The translations under genes and the position numbers were made by a program. Under the pieces are notes generated by a model, which ran no database searches, had not been told where the DNA came from, and worked only from the letters and a program-made list of their open reading frames with translations. Below are positions 30,699-41,115 of a stretch of 64,000 nucleotides of DNA, in pieces (position 1 is the stretch's first letter; each line of letters starts with the position of its first letter). This DNA is from Candidatus Saccharicenans sp. (GTDB lineage Bacteria; Acidobacteriota; Aminicenantia; Aminicenantales; Saccharicenantaceae): NCBI GenBank assembly GCA_030018265.1, contig JASEFX010000007.1, positions 1,122 through 65,121 on the forward strand, given 5' to 3'.

Positions 30699-31583
30699 TC
30701 AATGTCTCCACTTCTTTCTCAATCTGGATCGAATCAGGATAGCTCCGAGGTTGAACAGAATGATAAAGGCAATCAACACCAGGGCTGTGCCGTAAGCCAG
30801 CTCTCTGGCCCTGTCGATGGCGTGATGCTGGGTGGCCATTATGTAGAGATGGTAGGGAAGCGCCATAAACTGGTCTTTAAGCGACTGCGGGATGTAAGGA
30901 AGGTAGAAAGCTGCTCCGGTGAACATAATAGGCGCGGTCTCTCCGGCCGCCCTGGCCAGGCCCAGCACCGCTCCGGTGAGCATTCCAGGAATGGCATACG
31001 GTAGTACGTTTGTCCGGATCATCTGCCATCTGGTAGCGCCGAGGGCCAGCGCCCCTTCCCGGTAGGCGTCCGGAACGGATTTCAGAGCTTCCTCGCTGGC
31101 GGTAATGGTCCACGGAAGTGTCAGCAGTCCGAGGGTCAGCCCGGCTGAGAGCACGGAAGTTCCAAATTTCATGATGTTAACAAAAAGTATCACCCCGAAA
31201 AGACCATATACTATTGAAGGGACGCCGGCTAAATTGCGGATGGATAACCTTATAAGACGGGTCAAACGTCCGGCTCTGGCATACTCGTTCAGGTAGATGG
31301 CCGCGGCCATCCCCAGGGGAACAGCAAAAATGGCTGTGATCAGCGTTACCAGAAATGTTCCCACAATCGCCGGGAAGATTCCGCCCTCGGTCATTCCGCG
31401 GCGCGGTGCCTGGCTCAGAAACTCCCAGGAGATAACCTTATATCCCTGGCTGCTGATGTCGTAGAAAAAATAGAGCAGGATGAAAAGAACGGAATAAACA
31501 GCGATTCTCAGCATAAAGAAGCCGATGAATTCTGCCAGCTGGCTCCCGCGCCATTCGGAAACTTTCTTAACCGATCTGGTCAT
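30699..31583 (-). CDS. pstA: Phosphate ABC permease PstA (operon 2)
   Basis: [34 protein letters not shown]. Confidence 0.95.
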   Translation of the reverse strand: MTRSVKKVSEWRGSQLAEFIGFFMLRIAVYSVLFILLYFFYDISSQGYKVISWEFLSQAPRRGMTEGGIFPAIVGTFLVTLITAIFAVPLGMAAAIYLNEYARAGRLTRLIRLSIRNLAGVPSIVYGLFGVILFVNIMKFGTSVLSAGLTLGLLTLPWTITASEEALKSVPDAYREGALALGATRWQMIRTNVLPYAIPGMLTGAVLGLARAAGETAPIMFTGAAFYLPYIPQSLKDQFMALPYHLYIMATQHHAIDRARELAYGTALVLIAFIILFNLGAILIRSRLRKKWRH

Positions 31584-32485
31584 TGGAGTTTTGTCCTCTG
31601 TTTTTCCAGGATGATGTCTGCCGTCAGGTTCACGCTGAAAGCCAGAATGAACAGCACCAGCCCCAGGGCAAAAAGCGCATAGTAGTGGGTGGTGTAATAA
31701 GGAACCTCGCCCAGCTCGATGGCAATGGTGGCGGTGAGAGTTCTTACGGATTGAAGAAAGCCACGAGGGAAAGCTCTGGCGTTTCCGGTGGCCATGAGCA
31801 CGGTCATGGTCTCACCGACAGCCCTTCCGAGACCGAGCATCAGAGAAGCGACAATTCCCGAGATAGCAGCCGGGATTTTTACCCTTATTAAAGTCTGCCA
31901 GCGATTGGCTCCGAGAGCCAGGGAAGCTTCGGTGTAACTCAGAGGTACGGCTCTCAGCGAATCTTCAGAAATGCTGATGATGGTCGGAAGCGCCATTATA
32001 GCCAGGAGGATACTCCCGTTGAGGGCAGTCAGACCATGGTTGAGCTTGAATATTGTGGAGATCAACGGACCGGTTATGGTTATGCCGATGAACCCGACGA
32101 CCACCGAAGGTATTGCAGCCAGCAGTTCTATCACCGGTTTTAAGATTTCCCTCACCCGCGGGCTGGCCAAATCGGAAAGGTAGGCGGCCACGGCCACTCC
32201 CAGCGGAAAGGCAATTAAAAGCGCTCCAGTGGTTACCATGATCGAACTGGCGATCATCGCCAGAATCCCGTATTCGGGCTTTTCCGGCGAAGTCGGGTCC
32301 CAGCGGGTTGAGGTCAGAAATTCCTTAAGACGGATTTCTTTGAAAGCCGGAACGGAAGTGTAAAGAAGAAGGGCAAATATGCCCATTAGAGCTATGATGG
32401 CCAGCATCCCGCTCGTCTGAAACAGAGTTTTTATCAGGCTTTCCTTGATGTCTCCCAGGATGCCCTTCTTCTTTACCGAGGTCAT
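31580..32485 (-). CDS. pstC: Phosphate ABC permease PstC (operon 2)
   Basis: ELLAAIPSVVVG, GRAVGETMTVLMATGN, ALFALGLVLF. Confidence 0.95.
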   Translation of the reverse strand: MTSVKKKGILGDIKESLIKTLFQTSGMLAIIALMGIFALLLYTSVPAFKEIRLKEFLTSTRWDPTSPEKPEYGILAMIASSIMVTTGALLIAFPLGVAVAAYLSDLASPRVREILKPVIELLAAIPSVVVGFIGITITGPLISTIFKLNHGLTALNGSILLAIMALPTIISISEDSLRAVPLSYTEASLALGANRWQTLIRVKIPAAISGIVASLMLGLGRAVGETMTVLMATGNARAFPRGFLQSVRTLTATIAIELGEVPYYTTHYYALFALGLVLFILAFSVNLTADIILEKQRTKLQ

Positions 32486-32508
32486 TGTTTATCTTCCTTA
32501 AATGTCGA

Positions 32509-33444
32509 TTATCTTAAATTCTTTTCGTTCTGCTCCATCAGGTCTTTTCCCACCTTGAAGAAGCCTTCCTTCTCGACGATCGACTGGCCTTCGGGGCTGA
32601 GCACGAAGCGGATAAAGTCAGCCACAGCCGGTGACGGTTTTCCGTTGGTTGACTGATAAAGCGGTCTGGAAATAGCGTATCTGGCTGAATAGACGGCTTC
32701 CTTATCCAGGGGGGAATAGGCCGGGGCATTTTCATCTTTTTTGATTTTCAGCACTTTGATGCCTTTGCGGACCTCACCCTTTTTGTCATACAGGTAGCCC
32801 ACTCCCACGTAGCCAATTCCGGCCGCGTCCTGAGTGACAGCTTCAATAATCTGAGCGTTTCCGTTCATTTCTTTGACATCCGGGGAATAATTTTTGTTGT
32901 TAAGGACATGTTCCTGCAGAAAAGCATAGGTGCCTGAATTTGACTGGCGCCCGTAAAGAGAGATTTTCATCTCGGGACCGCCGACCGCCTTCCAGTTTTT
33001 AATTTCGCCGCGGAAAATCGCCCCCACCTGTTCCATGGTCAGAGTCTCCACCGCGTTCTTATCGTTGACTATTATGCTGAGAGCGTCCACGGCTATGGCA
33101 AAAATTCTCGGTCTGACACCTTTTTCATAGGCCAGGTCGAGCTCTCTGTCTTTCCATTCTCTGGAATGGTTGGCTACGTCACAGGTGCCGTTGATGAGCG
33201 CGGTAATGCCCGTTCCGGAACCGCCGCCGAGAACGGCGATGGCTGTGCCCGGCTTTTTACTCATGTATTCTTCGGCCAGGATCTGGACGAGGTTGACCAT
33301 CGTATCGGAGCCTTTGATTTGAATCATTTTCTTCTGGGCCGAAACCGTGGTCGGTAGAAGCAGGCCAAGGGTTGTAAGCAGGATCGCTCCGAAAAGCATT
33401 CCCCCCGCTAATTTCTTGATTCGAGTGAAAATTTTTGTGTTCAT
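32509..33444 (-). CDS. pstS: Phosphate-binding protein PstS (canonical)
   Basis: IKGSDTMVNL, GGGSGTGI, GRQSNSGTY, YAISRPLY; GGAGG RBS before ATG 33444. Confidence 0.93.
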   Translation of the reverse strand: MNTKIFTRIKKLAGGMLFGAILLTTLGLLLPTTVSAQKKMIQIKGSDTMVNLVQILAEEYMSKKPGTAIAVLGGGSGTGITALINGTCDVANHSREWKDRELDLAYEKGVRPRIFAIAVDALSIIVNDKNAVETLTMEQVGAIFRGEIKNWKAVGGPEMKISLYGRQSNSGTYAFLQEHVLNNKNYSPDVKEMNGNAQIIEAVTQDAAGIGYVGVGYLYDKKGEVRKGIKVLKIKKDENAPAYSPLDKEAVYSARYAISRPLYQSTNGKPSPAVADFIRFVLSPEGQSIVEKEGFFKVGKDLMEQNEKNLR

Positions 33445-33465
33445 TTTTTCCTCCTTCATGTTAAT

Positions 33466-34560
33466 TTAAAAGCTCATCAGAAAGGTCAGGTTAAAAATCA
33501 CATCATTTTTCTTGAGAGGGGCTTTATAATCGTAAACCCAGACGTTCGGCTGTAATCTGAAACTGCTGTGAAGCGGAGACCAGTCGAGACCGGCTATGAT
33601 GAGTGATATCTCGTCGCCTGACAGAAGATTGTTAGGTTCGTACCGGTCAAACCGGGCGAAGAGATTCAATTTTTCCTTTATAAGTTGATAGCGCCCGAAG
33701 ACCGAAAGACCGGAGCGGTCGTAACGCTGGCCATCTGTCAGGTTTTTATCGTTGCGATAGATGAAGTATTCGGTTCCTATGGTCAAACCGGGGATGAATT
33801 CAAGGTAAAGGTCTCCCTTATAGGTAAAAGCGCTGGCTCCGACGTCCTGCTTTTCATAGTCGACATAACCAACGACAGACACACCGGCCACCGGAATCAA
33901 CTGCAGAAAAGAGCTGAGTTTTTTATGTTTGTCTTTTTCTGGCCTGGTATAACCTTCTCCGCTGGAAAGCATGATTCCATAGCGCAGCTGACGCACAATT
34001 TTCCCGCTGAGGCTTATTCCCAGGTCGGCGCTGGTGGCGTCAATATCTTTGCCTGTTATATCTTTATAGCCGTCAAGCAGAGTCTTGGCCACGCTGCGGT
34101 AACCCCAGCGGTCCTCGGCCAGCTTGAAGGTTATGGTGTCCGCCATCCCGATTTTGATGTCGGCATCGGGGATCAGTTTGTTGATCTGAAGATACATATG
34201 CTTCAGATAAGGGCGAAACTTGTCGTCAGGTTTGCCGGAAGCATCGGTCGCTTTCAAATTATCTCCGTCGAGAGTCAGGCGAAAGCTGATCATGTCGTTT
34301 ATTTTGTTGTCGTAGCGAAAGTATACCCGGCGGAACTGCATGAAGTTATTCTTGAAGTTCGGGTTGTCGGGCGGGGACGTGGTGATCGGACCATTTTTAG
34401 AAAGATAAAAGGTGTAATCAAAAAACACCGTGCCTGAAATTTTTTGCTGGGCAGAAGCTGACCTCAGCAGCATGGTGGTGGCCAGCAGGACGGTCAGACA
34501 CAGAAAGAAAAGTCGGCGAGAACGGTAACCCGGTTTCTCTGATTTTCTCTTTGCTAACAT
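33466..34560 (-). CDS. Porin-like outer-membrane protein heading pst operon 2
   Basis: Signal peptide, FQFRRVY-like MQFRRVYF, YLKHMYL, amphipathic strands, terminal Phe. Confidence 0.72.
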   Translation of the reverse strand: MLAKRKSEKPGYRSRRLFFLCLTVLLATTMLLRSASAQQKISGTVFFDYTFYLSKNGPITTSPPDNPNFKNNFMQFRRVYFRYDNKINDMISFRLTLDGDNLKATDASGKPDDKFRPYLKHMYLQINKLIPDADIKIGMADTITFKLAEDRWGYRSVAKTLLDGYKDITGKDIDATSADLGISLSGKIVRQLRYGIMLSSGEGYTRPEKDKHKKLSSFLQLIPVAGVSVVGYVDYEKQDVGASAFTYKGDLYLEFIPGLTIGTEYFIYRNDKNLTDGQRYDRSGLSVFGRYQLIKEKLNLFARFDRYEPNNLLSGDEISLIIAGLDWSPLHSSFRLQPNVWVYDYKAPLKKNDVIFNLTFLMSF

Positions 34561-34659
34561 TTTTCCTCCTTTTTAAGTTTTGAATTTCCCGGCGCCAGGA
34601 AAATTCGTTAATTCGAGAAGAGAGCATAAGACATTAAAATGAACATACGGCAAAGGAAT

Positions 34660-34676
34660 TGTTAATTTCTGGTTAA
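34660..34676 (-). promoter_or_regulatory. Pho-box-like direct repeat upstream of pst operon 2
   Basis: Minus strand TTAACC-agaaa-TTAACA (11-bp period), followed by a possible -10 TATGTT (34647-34642). Confidence 0.5.
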
Positions 34677-34807
34677 GAAAAAAGCGCTCTGGCCTTAACA
34701 TGAGTTAAATTTATTCCAGCTCTGACCCGGCTGACCTGGAGTTTTTCTGATTAACACTATAAGGGCTATCTGATATAATAGAGTGTAATTTTCAAGGGAT
34801 ACAGAAT

Positions 34808-36289
34808 ATGTGTGGAGTAATCGGCATCTGGTCTAACGGGGAAGTGTTTCATGACCTTTATCAGGGCCTTCTGTCCATCCAGCATCGAGGTCAGGATGCG
34901 GCCGGCATCATTACTTACGATGGCAAATTTCACGAGAAAAAAGGCAACGGTCTGGTTCTCGATATCTTCGGACCCCAGGAAGCGGCTCAGCTGAGGGGAA
35001 ATGTGGGTATCGGTCACACCCGTTATCCGACCATCGGCGGGGGCGGACATGAAGATGCTCAGCCCTTTATGGTCAACACTCCATTTGGCATCATTCTGGC
35101 TCACAACGGAAACGTGATCAACTACCGGCAGTTGAAAAAAGAGCTGTTTGAAAAGAACCAGAGATTGTTGAATTCTGACTGCGACGCTGAGGTTATCCTG
35201 AATGTTTTTGCTCAGGAGCTGGAAGAGCAGAGGGTCAGACAGCTCAGCCCCGACCACATCTTCAAAGCGGTAGCCGGGGTTTACCGCCGGGTTAGAGGCA
35301 GCTACTCGGTGGTGGCCTACATAGCCGAACAGGGAATGGTGGCTTTCCGCGACCCGCAGGGGATTAAACCGCTGAGTTTCGGCCGGCGCCGTGACGGTCT
35401 GATTCCCTCCTATGCCTTTGCCTCGGAAACGGTCAGCCTTAACCTGATGAATTTCGGAGAAATAGAACACATCCAGGCGGGAGAAGCGGTTTTTCTTGAC
35501 CGCAACCGGCAGTTGCACCGGCGGAAGATCGTCAACAAAAAGCATACCCCCTGTCTTTTTGAGTGGGTTTATTTTGCCCGGCCGGATTCGGTTATAGATG
35601 GCGTCAACGTCTATAAAAGCAGGGTTAATCTCGGCCGGCTGCTGGCCGGAGAAATCAAAAAAAGGAATCTGGAAATAGACGTGGTGGTGCCGGTCCCTGA
35701 TTCTGCCCGCGATGCAGCCATAGAAATTGCCCGCGCGCTGAAATTGAAATACCGTGAAGCGCTGGTGAAAAACCGTTACATCGGCAGAACTTTCATCATG
35801 CCGGCTGAGACCAAACGACAGAGTTCCGTGCGGCAGAAACTGAACCCTATCTGTTCAGAGATTGCCGGAAAGAAAGTCCTGCTGGTCGACGACAGCATCG
35901 TCCGCGGTAACACTTCGCGGGCTATTGTGGAGATGGTGAGAGAATGCGGCGCGGTGAAGGTTTATTTTGCTTCTTACTCGCCGCCGCTTCGCTACCCCTG
36001 CGTCTATGGCATCGACATGCAGACTAAAACTGAATTTGTCGCTCGTGACGCCGACGAGGAGCTGGTCGCCCGCAGGATCGGGGCAGACCAGGTAATATAC
36101 CAGACGCTGGCCAACCTGAAAAAAGCCATCCGGATGGAGAATCCGGCATTGAAGCACTTCTGCGCGGCCTGCTTCGACGGCAGGTATCCAACCGGCGACG
36201 TCACCCCCGACATCCTGAAAGCGATCGAAGAGGAACGTAAACTGGTGCAGGAAAGTCAGCTTGAACTGAATATCAAAACAGGTTGTTAG
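34808..36289 (+). CDS. purF: Amidophosphoribosyltransferase
   Basis: N-terminal MCG, QHRGQDAAGI, GHTRYPT, VDDSIVRGNTS, CVYGIDM. Confidence 0.97.
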   Translation: MCGVIGIWSNGEVFHDLYQGLLSIQHRGQDAAGIITYDGKFHEKKGNGLVLDIFGPQEAAQLRGNVGIGHTRYPTIGGGGHEDAQPFMVNTPFGIILAHNGNVINYRQLKKELFEKNQRLLNSDCDAEVILNVFAQELEEQRVRQLSPDHIFKAVAGVYRRVRGSYSVVAYIAEQGMVAFRDPQGIKPLSFGRRRDGLIPSYAFASETVSLNLMNFGEIEHIQAGEAVFLDRNRQLHRRKIVNKKHTPCLFEWVYFARPDSVIDGVNVYKSRVNLGRLLAGEIKKRNLEIDVVVPVPDSARDAAIEIARALKLKYREALVKNRYIGRTFIMPAETKRQSSVRQKLNPICSEIAGKKVLLVDDSIVRGNTSRAIVEMVRECGAVKVYFASYSPPLRYPCVYGIDMQTKTEFVARDADEELVARRIGADQVIYQTLANLKKAIRMENPALKHFCAACFDGRYPTGDVTPDILKAIEEERKLVQESQLELNIKTGC

Positions 36290-36307
36290 AGAAAGTTACC
36301 TGCGCCC

Positions 36308-37267
36308 TCAGGCTGTCTCTCTCCAGTAGTTGAGAAGATCAAGGATAGACTGTTTCAGGTTCAGCTGCGGCTTCCAGCCGGCGAGCTTGACCAGTCGGGT
36401 AATATCAGCCAGCAAAATCGGGGGTTCGGGAAAGCGACTTTTCGGGTCTTCGGTTTCAATTACCATTTTCGCCCTGGTCATACCCTGCATTAATTTAAGG
36501 ACTTCATGGCCTGACCAGGCCTGCCCCGAACCAACGTTGTAAACTTCACCGGGCTCGCTCTTTTCCAGGATTAACCAGAGGGCTCTGACCAGGTCTCTGA
36601 CATCCAGGTAATCCCTTTTGTTTTCCAGATTGGCCACTTTTATCAGCGGCTCTCTTTTCTTTTTTTCTATTTCGGCTATCTGCCAGGCAAGGCTTGATAT
36701 CTGATAATGAGGCGGCTGACCCGGGCCGACCGGGCTGAAAATCCTGGCCCTTACGATCGGCAGGCCATAGAGCATTTGAAATACTGAAAGCCTAGAAGAT
36801 CCTGAGCGGCTTTGCTAACGCCAAACGGACTGAGCGGCCGGAAGACGGCTGTTTCTTTTACAGGCAGCTCGTCGGAGTAAACCAGACCGTAAGCTTCGGC
36901 TGAAGTGGCCACCAGCACCCGGGGTCGCAGCTTGAGCTCCCGGAGGGCTTCGAGCAGGTTAACTGTGCCCATCAGGTTGGTGTCCATAAAAGCACAGGCC
37001 ATATTATGTGAGGAATCCGTTGACGACAGGCTTGCCAGGTGAAAAATCCGGTCGGGTCGTAAATCTGCCAGTACCTGGAGAAGCGACCGCAGGTCCCGCA
37101 CGTCTCCTTCGACCACCCTGATACGCTCGGTCAGTTTTTTTCGTTTGAGAGTAGCAGGAACCCGGCCTGACCAGGCCGGAGATCTCCACAGGCGATACCA
37201 CCTGGGAGATGTATTCAATGAGATGGCTGGCCACAAAGCCGCTGGCTCCGGTAATCAGTATTCTCAT
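36308..37267 (-). pseudogene. GDP-mannose 4,6-dehydratase / GDP-4-keto-6-deoxymannose reductase (Rmd-like SDR) with two frameshifts
   Basis: MRILITGASGFVASHL (37267), then frameshift near the A7 run (37141-37135), middle PDRIFHLAS...SAEAYG...SPFGVSK, second frameshift near 36778, then RDYLDVRD...GEVYNVGSG. Confidence 0.8.
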
Positions 37268-37524
37268 CTTTTATTTCCCGTTTTTACTTAAATACCATAT
37301 AGGTTTTTTTCTCTGAGTGTCAATACTAAAATTATTAAAAAAGCGGACATAACTCTGGCAAGTCTTTGCCTCTGCTGCCCCGAAATGAACAAATCAATTC
37401 GCTTTCAGGAAAAAATCGCACAGGCTTTTTTCAGGCATACTTCAGACGAAGCCCCGGAAGCTCCGGTTTGATTTTATCAATCGATCAATATCAATCTGAT
37501 CACATTCCACCGGACAGCTTTAGC

Positions 37525-39711
37525 TCAGAACCCGAGGGTTCCCGGCAGGTCTGAAGTGTGGCTGATATTACCCAGTCCAACAGAGAATCTGAACTGAGCT
37601 TCCGGCTTCGAACGATAATAAAAAATCCTGAGGTCAAAGCTGAAGTCCAGACACTGATAATGATAGGTGCCCGCCAGGGCGGAATAAAGAATTTTCCTGT
37701 TCTGGACGTCCACTTCAACCTGGGTCTTCAGGTCGATTTTTTCAGGCCAGCGAACACCGGCCTGAATTCCGGCCTGATGGCTGCGGAAAAAGCTGTCCGG
37801 CGTAATTACCTGGTAATACTTTGACCAGTTAAGGTTGAAGAAAAAACGGTCTTCAGGCTTTCCCCAGCCGGCGCTCAGCCTGGAGCTGAGAAGGTTTTTT
37901 TCATAGGGGTTAAAATCGGCTGAAACATCCAGGCTCAGCGGTCCGAACGGATAATATCTCAGGTAGACGTTGACCGGAGAAAAGTGCCTTTCCTGGTGGC
38001 AGGGGTAATAGTAGCGAATCGGACTGTGTTCAGGGTCGAAGAAAACCGTTGTCGTCAATCCGAGCGTCAGGATTTCTCTGGGGGAGCTGTCGGTTTTCGT
38101 CAGAAAATGCTGGGTCAGGCCGAATTTCAGGTTGTTGTTTCTAAAAATTCCGAAGGGAGAAATAATTCTTTCGAGCGTTTCCCGGGGTATCGGGCTATCG
38201 AAGGAATAAGAGATAAAAGGCACCACCAGGTGTTTAAGATAGGCCTGGCCTTTCCTGAAGAAAAGGCGATAGACGACCGGACCTTCAAGGTTAAGGCCAA
38301 AACTGCCCTGGGCCGTCAGCAGGGAATTTTCTGTGCGGATGTTTGTTCCCGGCTGATAGCTCTGGAAATACCAGACAAAATTGCCGCCGGCGCGGAAAGT
38401 CAGGTTTAACCACGCGGCAGGCAGCAGGGGGAAAGAAAGAGAAGGTCGGAAATAGGCCTGGCCGAGGTCATAACCGGTTTCAGTCAGCTCAGTTTTCCAG
38501 CTGTACTGCCAGTTGCTGAGGCCGGATTCAAAAGAGAGGTCGACCCGGGGAAATAATCTGTATTTCAACATGTTGAAGCTGAGCTGGGGTCGGTAGGTGG
38601 TACTCACTTTCTGGCCGGTGAGGGGGAAGTAGCTTTCGAATTTAGAGGCCCGGAGGTTAAAATTGAAACGCGACCAGTTTCTGGTAAGTCCGAGCTGATA
38701 GGATCGATTGTTTACCGTGGCCAGGTTGAAATTGTTCTCAAACTCTCTCAGAAAATCGAAAGAACTGGAATAGTCAGCCCGGGCTGAAAGATGAAATCCG
38801 TAAGGCAATTTCTGGGAATGGTCCAGGCGCAGAATGAAGGGTGTTTTTTGAGGCGAAATGTTTTCATCTTTCCATGGAAGGAAAAAGTAACCGTTAGCTT
38901 CGCCTCTTGTTCCCCCCGGCAGAAGATAACGGAATTCGAGACCGGCTCCGGCGCCTTTTCTTGAATACCAGTCGACGGTGACGGTGGAATCGATGTTCCG
39001 GGTTATTGCCCAGTAAAAACTCTGGCTGAGAGTAATTCCTTTCACCCGGTTGAAACCCAGGCGAGGGAAGAGAAAACCGGTAGCTCTGGGTTTCAGTGGA
39101 TATCTCAAATAAGGAACATAAAGGACTGGAATTTCTTTAACCCGGAAAACGGCCTGCTTCATGGTGATATGGTCTTCAGGCTGAAATCGGGCTTCAGAAA
39201 AGGCAAAGCGCCAGCGGGGCACCGGTTGGGTGCAGCTGGTGAACCAGGCTCTTTCCAGGCGGTATACACCGGTGACTGATTTATGGATTTTCTCCGCTCC
39301 AAAAAGAGCGCCCGGACGACTTATAGCCCGGACTTCTTCCAGGGAGCACTCTCCGGTTTTCAGGTTGTAGGAGAGACGATCACAGGAAATCACCTCATCC
39401 GGAAGTTGAAGAGTGATATGTCCCAGCGCGACCAGTTCATAGGTTTCGAGATTCACCTGAAGGCGATCAGCCAGAAGCACCAGCGAGCCGTATCTGAGTT
39501 CTACCTCTCCCTCGGCCAGCCAGACCGGACCGTTTTTTTCCTGGTATTTAGCTTCAAGCTGAATGACCTCGTCCACAAGGATAGAGTTTCTTTCCTGGCT
39601 TATATACGTTGCAGGCAAAGACAGAGCGGGACACAGAATAAGGAGGCTGATAAAGCAGATGCTCTGCCAGGAAACAGGTTTCCAGCCGTTCATTCCGATC
39701 ACTGTGTTCAT
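37525..39711 (-). CDS. lptD: LPS assembly outer-membrane protein LptD (start uncertain, 39711 or 39693)
   Basis: OstA-like N-terminus, FTSCTQPVPRW, YLRYPL...RATGFLFP, YHYQCLDF near the C-terminus. Confidence 0.85.
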   Translation of the reverse strand: MNTVIGMNGWKPVSWQSICFISLLILCPALSLPATYISQERNSILVDEVIQLEAKYQEKNGPVWLAEGEVELRYGSLVLLADRLQVNLETYELVALGHITLQLPDEVISCDRLSYNLKTGECSLEEVRAISRPGALFGAEKIHKSVTGVYRLERAWFTSCTQPVPRWRFAFSEARFQPEDHITMKQAVFRVKEIPVLYVPYLRYPLKPRATGFLFPRLGFNRVKGITLSQSFYWAITRNIDSTVTVDWYSRKGAGAGLEFRYLLPGGTRGEANGYFFLPWKDENISPQKTPFILRLDHSQKLPYGFHLSARADYSSSFDFLREFENNFNLATVNNRSYQLGLTRNWSRFNFNLRASKFESYFPLTGQKVSTTYRPQLSFNMLKYRLFPRVDLSFESGLSNWQYSWKTELTETGYDLGQAYFRPSLSFPLLPAAWLNLTFRAGGNFVWYFQSYQPGTNIRTENSLLTAQGSFGLNLEGPVVYRLFFRKGQAYLKHLVVPFISYSFDSPIPRETLERIISPFGIFRNNNLKFGLTQHFLTKTDSSPREILTLGLTTTVFFDPEHSPIRYYYPCHQERHFSPVNVYLRYYPFGPLSLDVSADFNPYEKNLLSSRLSAGWGKPEDRFFFNLNWSKYYQVITPDSFFRSHQAGIQAGVRWPEKIDLKTQVEVDVQNRKILYSALAGTYHYQCLDFSFDLRIFYYRSKPEAQFRFSVGLGNISHTSDLPGTLGF

Positions 39712-39809
39712 AATATATAATTGCCGCCTTTTCGGGGGCAAGGAGAAAGTGCTGCCTGGTTCCTTGAATTTGATTAGCTAAATGTGGTAAAAATAAAGGC
39801 ATCTGAGAA

Positions 39810-41063
39810 ATGAAAGCTCTGGCCGGTTTGAGAAAATTTGCTGTTCCAGTGTTAAGAACAACAATATTCTGTCTGTTTTTTTCTTTCCTGACCATCGACC
39901 TTATGGCTGAGACCTGGAAAGCTAAGGAACTTCGCCGGGCCTGGGAGGAGGCGGCCTGGAGGTTTGGACCGCTCAGGGTTCAGCCTCTTATTATTATCAG
40001 GGATGCTGGTTACGATTCGAACATCTATTACCATCCTCAGGCGGTGTCGGATTTCTGGCTGACAGCGGGACCAGGGGCTTATGCTTATTTGATGTTCAAA
40101 AAGAGAGTGATAGTTCGAGTTTTTGAATCGCGACAGTATGTTTATTTTTTTAAGACGGAAAGGGAAAGAACCTGGAATAATTACTTCAACGGAGACGTTT
40201 CGCTAAGCTTTAACCGGATTCTTCTGACCGTCGGCGGAGCCTGGAACAATGCCCGCGAAAGATGGAACACCGAAATCGATATAAGACCGCGAAGAATAGA
40301 AAAAAGAGGTAACCTTTCTTTGCTTTATCAGAGATCTTACCGGGTTTCCTTTGAAGTTACCGCTTCCCTGGCGGATTATCTTTATGAGAGCCTGGAATAT
40401 AATTCCGTAAACATAGGGGAAAGACTGAGCCATCTGGAGAATCTGTTTTCAGGAAAACTTTATTACCGGTTGAACCCGAGGATTCAGTTTTTTCTTGAAG
40501 GGGAGTTCGCGCGGTATGATTTCAGGAGCGAGCTGAGCCCCGGAGATTCCCGGAGCCAGGCTGTTTATTCCGGTTTTGAATTTTCTCCGGCCGGCAGGAT
40601 CAGAGGGCGGCTGAGACTGGGCTATAAAAATTTCGACTCCCTGGAAGAGGGGCGGCCGGATTACCGCGGGCTCGTCGGGGACACCTCGATCAGCTGGGCG
40701 CTGATGCGTCCGCTGGTTCTGAGAGCTTCCTATCAGAGGGATGTTAACTTTTCGGTCTGGTCGCAGAATCCTTTTTATGTAGGAAACGGCTGGTCAACTG
40801 GAGCCTCCGTTTATATGTTCCGGAGAAGGATCCGCCTTGATTATAATTACAGCCGGCTGCGAAATGATTACCCTCTGGATGCGGTGCCCGGTTCCGAACC
40901 CAGAAAGGATTTTTATACTTTGAATTCGGTGGCTTTATATATTAGAATTAAAAAGACGGTAGGATTTGGAATTTCAGGAGGTTTGTGGAGCAGAAAGATA
41001 AATGTTTTTGACTGGGATGTAAGAAAAAAATTTCTCGGAGCAAACCTGACCTATGAATTTTAA
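39810..41063 (+). CDS. Outer-membrane beta-barrel of polysaccharide export (EpsL/VpsM/EpsX-like)
   Basis: Signal peptide, GYDSNIY motif, Tyr/Phe-rich amphipathic strands ending LTYEF; directly upstream of the OPX gene. Confidence 0.72.
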   Translation: MKALAGLRKFAVPVLRTTIFCLFFSFLTIDLMAETWKAKELRRAWEEAAWRFGPLRVQPLIIIRDAGYDSNIYYHPQAVSDFWLTAGPGAYAYLMFKKRVIVRVFESRQYVYFFKTERERTWNNYFNGDVSLSFNRILLTVGGAWNNARERWNTEIDIRPRRIEKRGNLSLLYQRSYRVSFEVTASLADYLYESLEYNSVNIGERLSHLENLFSGKLYYRLNPRIQFFLEGEFARYDFRSELSPGDSRSQAVYSGFEFSPAGRIRGRLRLGYKNFDSLEEGRPDYRGLVGDTSISWALMRPLVLRASYQRDVNFSVWSQNPFYVGNGWSTGASVYMFRRRIRLDYNYSRLRNDYPLDAVPGSEPRKDFYTLNSVALYIRIKKTVGFGISGGLWSRKINVFDWDVRKKFLGANLTYEF

Positions 41064-41115
41064 TCCCGGGCTGGCATTAGCACGGGTTAGACAGTCGATA
41101 AAAGGTAAATAAAAA

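Noticed and set aside
37475-37502. Imperfect tandem TATCAATC(T)GATCA duplication downstream of lptD
   Set aside because: Only two low-complexity copies with no clear relation to a promoter
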